From assembly GCA_030059665.1 (NCBI GenBank), contig JANVYR010000001.1:512001-576000 (forward strand): a stretch of 64,000 nt of DNA, in the 5' to 3' direction. Source of the DNA: Candidatus Calditenuis fumarioli. Lineage in GTDB: Archaea > Thermoproteota > Nitrososphaeria_A > Caldarchaeales > Calditenuaceae. The notes beneath the pieces were generated by a model. It did not search any database. It had not been told where the DNA came from and saw only the letters and a list, made by a program, of their open reading frames with translations. Shown here piece by piece: positions 59,524-64,000 of this stretch (positions within the stretch are counted from its first letter, which is position 1; the number at the start of each line of letters is the position of its first letter). The translations under genes were made by a program, and so were the position numbers.

Positions 59524-59940
59524 TTGAACCGAAGGTATATCGCTGTTTTTTCCATCGCGCTATTCCTCATAACGCTCACAGCCTTCTCCGTCTCGATATC
59601 CATCACGACCGTAGACCCTTTGGCCAGCAGGGCCTACGTCGAGTACGTGCTCGGAAAGGCGTCGGGTACAAATCCTCCTGAGATCAGGAGCGTATTGCTG
59701 AACGGTAATCCAGTCAGCAGCGTTAGCATCTCGTTTTACATGAGAGCATTACTTCAATTCATTAGGGTGACTGTTACGTTGTACGACGACAACGGTATTG
59801 TCATAGGTTCGGGCAGCGACTGCGGATTTTACATATTTCCAGGTATCCAAAGTATGACTGTTCCGGTCTCTCCAAATCCACTGCCATCACAGGTGGCCCG
59901 GGTCGAAACCTCGATACAGGTGGTGCTTCTATGCAATTGA
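59524..59940 (+). CDS. Secreted pilin-like protein 2
   Basis: Signal peptide ending TAFS, then VSISITTVDPLAS; VTLYDDNGIVIGSGS; two Cys. Confidence 0.78.
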   Translation: MNRRYIAVFSIALFLITLTAFSVSISITTVDPLASRAYVEYVLGKASGTNPPEIRSVLLNGNPVSSVSISFYMRALLQFIRVTVTLYDDNGIVIGSGSDCGFYIFPGIQSMTVPVSPNPLPSQVARVETSIQVVLLCN

Positions 59941-60329
59941 GGGCCGTATCGCTTTCAATGTTGTTGCTTTTGATGGCATCGGTATCGGTTACAGCTCTCA
60001 GCATTGCGGTCTCGCTCACTTCCTCAAACGTCGACAGACTGGGAGCCGGAGGGTCCAATGTGCCGAAATACAATTTCTGGGTGACGTCCCTCTCCGTAAC
60101 GGTCAACAACGATAACGTGAACAACAGGATCAGGGGAGTAACAGCGTACATCGGGATCAACGTTCCCGGAACTTATGTGGTGACCGTGTCGGTGAACGAC
60201 AATCCCTCGTGTAGCGCCAGCACGACCGCCAGCCTTCCGGGTACCGTGACCGTAACACTGCCCAACGTCGCCGCGTGTAACTACGTTAGTGCAGGCGCGC
60301 CCGTCAGGATAGAGGTCAGGCCTCCATGA
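59931..60329 (+). CDS. Secreted pilin-like protein 3
   Basis: Signal peptide ending TALS, then IAVSLTSSNVDRLGAGG; two Cys. Confidence 0.78.
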   Translation: MQLRAVSLSMLLLLMASVSVTALSIAVSLTSSNVDRLGAGGSNVPKYNFWVTSLSVTVNNDNVNNRIRGVTAYIGINVPGTYVVTVSVNDNPSCSASTTASLPGTVTVTLPNVAACNYVSAGAPVRIEVRPP

Positions 60330-61024
60330 CGCGAGCCGTTGCCAGGAATCTGGTCCTGATCCTTGTAATTGCGTCTGCGGTCCTCCTAACGGCCCAATCC
60401 CTTCCAGGGCTGATGCTCCTCCACGTCGTCAGCGGATCGATGGAGCCCAACGTCCCTATCGGCAGCATGGTGTTGCTGGCGAGAGGGGACAAGCCCTCGG
60501 TGGGCGACGTGGCAGCGTACCTGCTGGAGGTCCAGGGCAGGCGGTACGTGATACTCCACCGGGTGACCGGGGTGACCGAGGACGGAAGGTACGTGTTCTC
60601 GGCCGATGCGGGCGATCCTTACGGTACCGACCTGGTGGAGCCCGAGAGGGTGCTCGGCCGGATGCTGATCGCCATACCCTACCTCGGGTACGTCGTGCCC
60701 TACGCTCCGGTACTGGTGGGCCTTGCTCTGCTCCTCTCCCTCGTGCCCAAGAGGACGAGGCTCCACGTTCATGGTCCGGTCGATCCGGGCTTCCTGAGGT
60801 ACCTCCCGGCGGTTCTCGTGCCGCTCACGCTGCTGCTCCCGGTGAAGGGCCTCCCCATGATGCTCGGTCCCGCGTACGCCGTCCTGACGCTCGCGATCTA
60901 CGCGATCACGCTCCGCTTCGAGCGAGAGATCAGACACGCGGACCTCGTTTACGCGCTCCTCTCGATCTCGGTACTGGTCTCGATAGACTACGCAAGGCTC
61001 GCTGCTCTCCTATGGGGACTGTGA
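60326..61024 (+). CDS. sipW: SipW/ER-type signal peptidase I (S26)
   Basis: N-terminal TM, VVSGSMEP (Ser), VGD, LHRV (His), IPYLGY, further TM helices. Confidence 0.85.
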   Translation: MTRAVARNLVLILVIASAVLLTAQSLPGLMLLHVVSGSMEPNVPIGSMVLLARGDKPSVGDVAAYLLEVQGRRYVILHRVTGVTEDGRYVFSADAGDPYGTDLVEPERVLGRMLIAIPYLGYVVPYAPVLVGLALLLSLVPKRTRLHVHGPVDPGFLRYLPAVLVPLTLLLPVKGLPMMLGPAYAVLTLAIYAITLRFEREIRHADLVYALLSISVLVSIDYARLAALLWGL

Positions 61025-62470
61025 AACAGCGGGGGAGAGGATCTCACCGCACTCCGGGCAGACGTTGGCGTCGGCGGGGACCTCGTGCCCCTTGGAGCAT
61101 AGCCTGATCCTCAACACCTGATCCTCCTCTTGCTTCTCCATGGAGCCTGTTCGAGGCTTCGACCTCCCCTTCCTGCTGGGCCTGTACAGCAGCAGGAATC
61201 CAGATCCTGCGATGACCGCCGCCAGCAGCCCTATGTTCACGAGGTCTGGCTCCGTTACGTAAACCGCCTCGACCCTGATCGGCCTGTCGACTACGACCCT
61301 GATCGCGCCGTTCCGGTGCTCGAGCGTCCCTATGTTGCCCACGAAGCCCGTCAGCCTCGGCCTGAAGAACGCGTTGCCGGGCGGGTTGGGGACGGCCATC
61401 AGCGTCGCCTCAGATCCCTCGTCGTACCACCCCGTACCACCGGCGCCGTACCTGCCCCTGACCTCGACGTAGTACTGCCTCACGTAGACCGCCTCCGCCC
61501 TGACAGGGCCTTTCACTTCGAGCTCTAACCTCTCCTGTGGCGGCAGCAGGGACGAGTTCCAACCGACGAACCGCAGCCTGACCTCGTTCTCGCGCAGCAC
61601 TACCTGGGATTCGACCGAGACCGCGACCTTCTCACCAGCGGTGACCCAGCCGTCGTAGACGACGCCCTTCGGCCCCGTCAGAACAACCCTGTACTGGCGC
61701 TCGTAGACCGGCCTGACCACGTGGGGGCCTCTCACCTCGAGCACGGCCACGTTCGAGACCACCCTGTTGACGATCGCGGGCACCGAGCCGACCGATTCCC
61801 AGCCGGTCAGCACCAGCCTCTCCCCCTCTGAGAGCTGTATCACCGATGGCGCGCTCAGCAGCACCGTCTGGCCCAGCCTGTACCAGCCCGATCCGTTGAC
61901 CACAGCGTAAGGTGAGACGCCCTGAACGTAGTACTCCCGGACGTAGACCGCCTCGATCCTGAGAGGTCTGGAGACGTAGACGCGGTTCGACGAGTTGAAC
62001 GGGTACTCGCCGAGGCTCCAGCGGACGAACCTCAGCCTGACCCCATCGGACTCGTAGTGAACCGACGGCGCCACAAGCTCCACAACGGTACCCTCCTCGA
62101 CCCAGAAGGACCTCCTGAGGTTCTCCAGCTCCGAGTCGATCACGACCAAGTACTCGGCCTTGTAGACCGCGACGAGGGCCTTGACGTTCCTGAGCGTCAC
62201 GCACGGGTCCCTTATGGTCCAGTTCCAGCCGACGAACCTGAGACGTGCGTCCACGTCGACGTACTGTACCGGAGGCGCGCAGACCGTTGTGCCCTCGGAG
62301 GCCCTGAAGGGAACCCTCGCGGGCGCCCCCTCATGGAGGACCGTGACCGGGTAGTTCGAGGTTATTTGGACCTGTCCCTCCTCCGCCGTGGCCGTGGGGG
62401 CCAGCGTAGCCAGAGCCGCGAGCGCTAGGACCGCAAGCGAGATCAGCCAGCACCAGCCGGTCGCTTTCAA
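61010..62470 (-). CDS. Membrane-anchored surface protein with five ~75-80 aa repeats and a C-terminal zinc ribbon
   Basis: TTG 62470 start, signal peptide, repeats with GW/FW...RLRF-x-GW...AVY-x-R-[EQ]Y, TM helix, CSKGH...CPECG. Confidence 0.82.
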   Translation of the reverse strand: MKATGWCWLISLAVLALAALATLAPTATAEEGQVQITSNYPVTVLHEGAPARVPFRASEGTTVCAPPVQYVDVDARLRFVGWNWTIRDPCVTLRNVKALVAVYKAEYLVVIDSELENLRRSFWVEEGTVVELVAPSVHYESDGVRLRFVRWSLGEYPFNSSNRVYVSRPLRIEAVYVREYYVQGVSPYAVVNGSGWYRLGQTVLLSAPSVIQLSEGERLVLTGWESVGSVPAIVNRVVSNVAVLEVRGPHVVRPVYERQYRVVLTGPKGVVYDGWVTAGEKVAVSVESQVVLRENEVRLRFVGWNSSLLPPQERLELEVKGPVRAEAVYVRQYYVEVRGRYGAGGTGWYDEGSEATLMAVPNPPGNAFFRPRLTGFVGNIGTLEHRNGAIRVVVDRPIRVEAVYVTEPDLVNIGLLAAVIAGSGFLLLYRPSRKGRSKPRTGSMEKQEEDQVLRIRLCSKGHEVPADANVCPECGEILSPAVSQSP

Positions 62471-62614
62471 ACCTAATTCATCGAACCGGGATGCCGTAAA
62501 ATAATTTTGTGCAGCATAGTCAGGCAGGCGGTTGGCCGGCATACTACAGGGGTGTTTCCGATCGGTTTCTTGCGGTGACCTCGAACCCCTCGAACGACCT
62601 CTTTCTGGCCTCCG

Positions 62615-62706
62615 TGGGGCCGGTGGGATTTGAACCCACGACCTCCCGGGTTCGCGTCCCTCACGATCCCGAGCCGGGCGTCCACTCCATGCTAGACTAC
62701 GGCCCC
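62615..62706 (-). tRNA. tRNA-Pro(CGG) with a 17-nt intron at 37/38 (62651-62667)
   Basis: GGGGCCG/CGGCCCC-A; CCCGG-CT-CGG-G-[ATCGTGAGGGACGCGAA]-C-CCGGG. Confidence 0.92.
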
Positions 62707-62847
62707 CTCGATCCACCTGCGCTCCCACCATTTGATCTTGACTCCGCTCTATTCGGAGCTCCACCGGCGCTTCTCCTTGCCACAACTCACCCTGACCGCT
62801 CTGCGGAAAAACCTATAATCGTCCCCTCTCGATCACCTATCACTGGA

Positions 62848-64000
62848 ATGACAAACATAGTTCTGACGTTCGACCCGTCCCTGGGGCACCTCTTCCACAA
62901 CTTCCCGCTGCTCTCGTTCCTGCCCTGCGCGCCGGTCAGGTTCGTTCCGCCGCCGATCTACCGATACCTGGCACAGCCGACGGTACCCGCGGACGAGCAC
63001 GGGAGGGCCGTGTTGGCCCCCTACGGGATCAGGAAGCTGGAGGCTGCCCTCAAGGGGAGGACGAGGTACACCGTGGAGGTCGCCCACCCGGATCACCTGG
63101 AGAAGCACATCAGGGAGGACACGAAGGTCATCGGGGTGAACACGATGGACCCGCTCGGGATAGGACCATTGACGCTGATGTTCAACAACGCAGGCCGCGA
63201 GAGGTCCTGGGTCACGGAGGAGTTCGTCGGTCTGCTCCGGAGGATTCACGCGCTGAGGAGGGAGAGGTGTCCTAAGGCGAAGGTGATAGTCGGTGGCGCC
63301 GGAGTCTGGGAGTTCCAGATGATCCCCGAGGCGATGGACAAACTCGGGATAGACCACGCCGTTGAGGGGGAGATCGATGACGTCGCTCCTCTGTTGTTTG
63401 AGGGAATAATAGAGGACTCGCTGGACACGAGCGTCTTCATGTTCGGTTACAAGTCGACCACGTTCGACATCAACGGCAGGCCCAGGATAGCGTACGTCAA
63501 GGACCCAAACGGCCGTTTCATAACCAGGAACCCCTTCTCCAGGTTCAAGCTGCCTAAGGTCGACGAGATACCGACGATCGTGAACCCGGCCATCTCCGGT
63601 CAGGCCGAGATCATGAGGGGGTGTGGGCTCGACTGCGACTTCTGCGAGGTGACCACGAGGCCACTGCGGTACTACACGCCGACGAAGGTGCTGGAGGAGG
63701 TGAAGGTGAACCTGAGGGGAGGGGTTACCCACGCGTGGTTCGTGACGGACAACCAGTGGGCGTACATGCTCCGGGACAAGGACTACTGGCCCAACAAGGA
63801 GGCGATCTTCGAGCTCTACCGGACCGTCATGTCCTATCCAGGCGTAACAGGGGCCAACCCGATGCATGCCACGCTCGCACCTGTGGCCGCGGACCCTGAG
63901 CTGGCCTTCGGCGTCGCGAAGATAGTCCGGGCGGGTCCCAACAAGCACATCGGCGTCCAGATAGGGCTCGAGACGGGGAGCGACAAGCTGATCAAGATGC
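62848..64000 (+). CDS. Radical SAM protein with a B12-binding-like N-terminal region, 3' end outside the window
   Basis: Manual translation from ATG 62848: APYGIRKLEAAL, VIGVNTMDPLG, VIVGG, EIMRGCGLDCDFC (CxxxCxxC), IGLETGS. Confidence 0.88.
   Translation, partial: MTNIVLTFDPSLGHLFHNFPLLSFLPCAPVRFVPPPIYRYLAQPTVPADEHGRAVLAPYGIRKLEAALKGRTRYTVEVAHPDHLEKHIREDTKVIGVNTMDPLGIGPLTLMFNNAGRERSWVTEEFVGLLRRIHALRRERCPKAKVIVGGAGVWEFQMIPEAMDKLGIDHAVEGEIDDVAPLLFEGIIEDSLDTSVFMFGYKSTTFDINGRPRIAYVKDPNGRFITRNPFSRFKLPKVDEIPTIVNPAISGQAEIMRGCGLDCDFCEVTTRPLRYYTPTKVLEEVKVNLRGGVTHAWFVTDNQWAYMLRDKDYWPNKEAIFELYRTVMSYPGVTGANPMHATLAPVAADPELAFGVAKIVRAGPNKHIGVQIGLETGSDKLIKM

Noticed and set aside
59059-60329. Type IV pilin or archaellin interpretation of the three secreted proteins
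   Set aside because: No class III signal peptide cleaved before the hydrophobic helix, no adjacent ATPase or TadC, and the linked peptidase is S26 rather than PibD/A24.
62471-62785. N-terminal extension of the surface-protein ORF
   Set aside because: It runs through tRNA-Pro; the signal peptide starts at TTG 62470.
62833-63948. 371-aa minus-strand ORF
   Set aside because: Antisense shadow of the radical SAM gene.

Overview
This is an archaeal chromosomal segment with a GC-rich core (about 68% in a hand-counted 60-nt line). The gene complement fits a thermophilic TACK-type archaeon, plausibly Aigarchaeota/Caldarchaeales, but that placement is inference. It rests on S4e/S8e/SRP19/Gar1/TFS, intron-containing tRNAs, LysW-type lysY/lysJ, grpE, complex I subunits and a Mn-catalase. 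The window holds about 65 protein genes and five tRNAs: CAU (probably Ile2), Ala-CGC, Arg-CCG with intron, Ala-GGC and Pro-CGG with intron. I see no rRNA, CRISPR array, integrase or transposase. Most genes are housekeeping, but many normally clustered genes stand alone (rps12, rps4e-rpl5, nuoD, nuoM, grpE, pdxS, a CoA-transferase B subunit, a metal ABC system without permease). Five regions stand out. (1) 59059-62470: three paralogous small secreted beta-rich proteins share an N-terminal motif and precede a SipW-type signal peptidase, facing a five-repeat surface protein. This is a candidate TasA/AbpA-like filament system. (2) 16475-18288: a split-barrel flavin-binding gene is coupled to a split-barrel::MenA-like prenyltransferase fusion. 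(3) A membrane-anchored roadblock pair and a distant MglA/CvnD-type GTPase. (4) A lower-GC tandem pair of paralogous wHTH genes after the CAU tRNA. (5) A lower-GC DrrAB-like ABC exporter island. Several real genes or starts are missing from the supplied ORF track: asnS, a radical SAM gene, a 58-aa membrane protein and a purA that appears to start at CTG.
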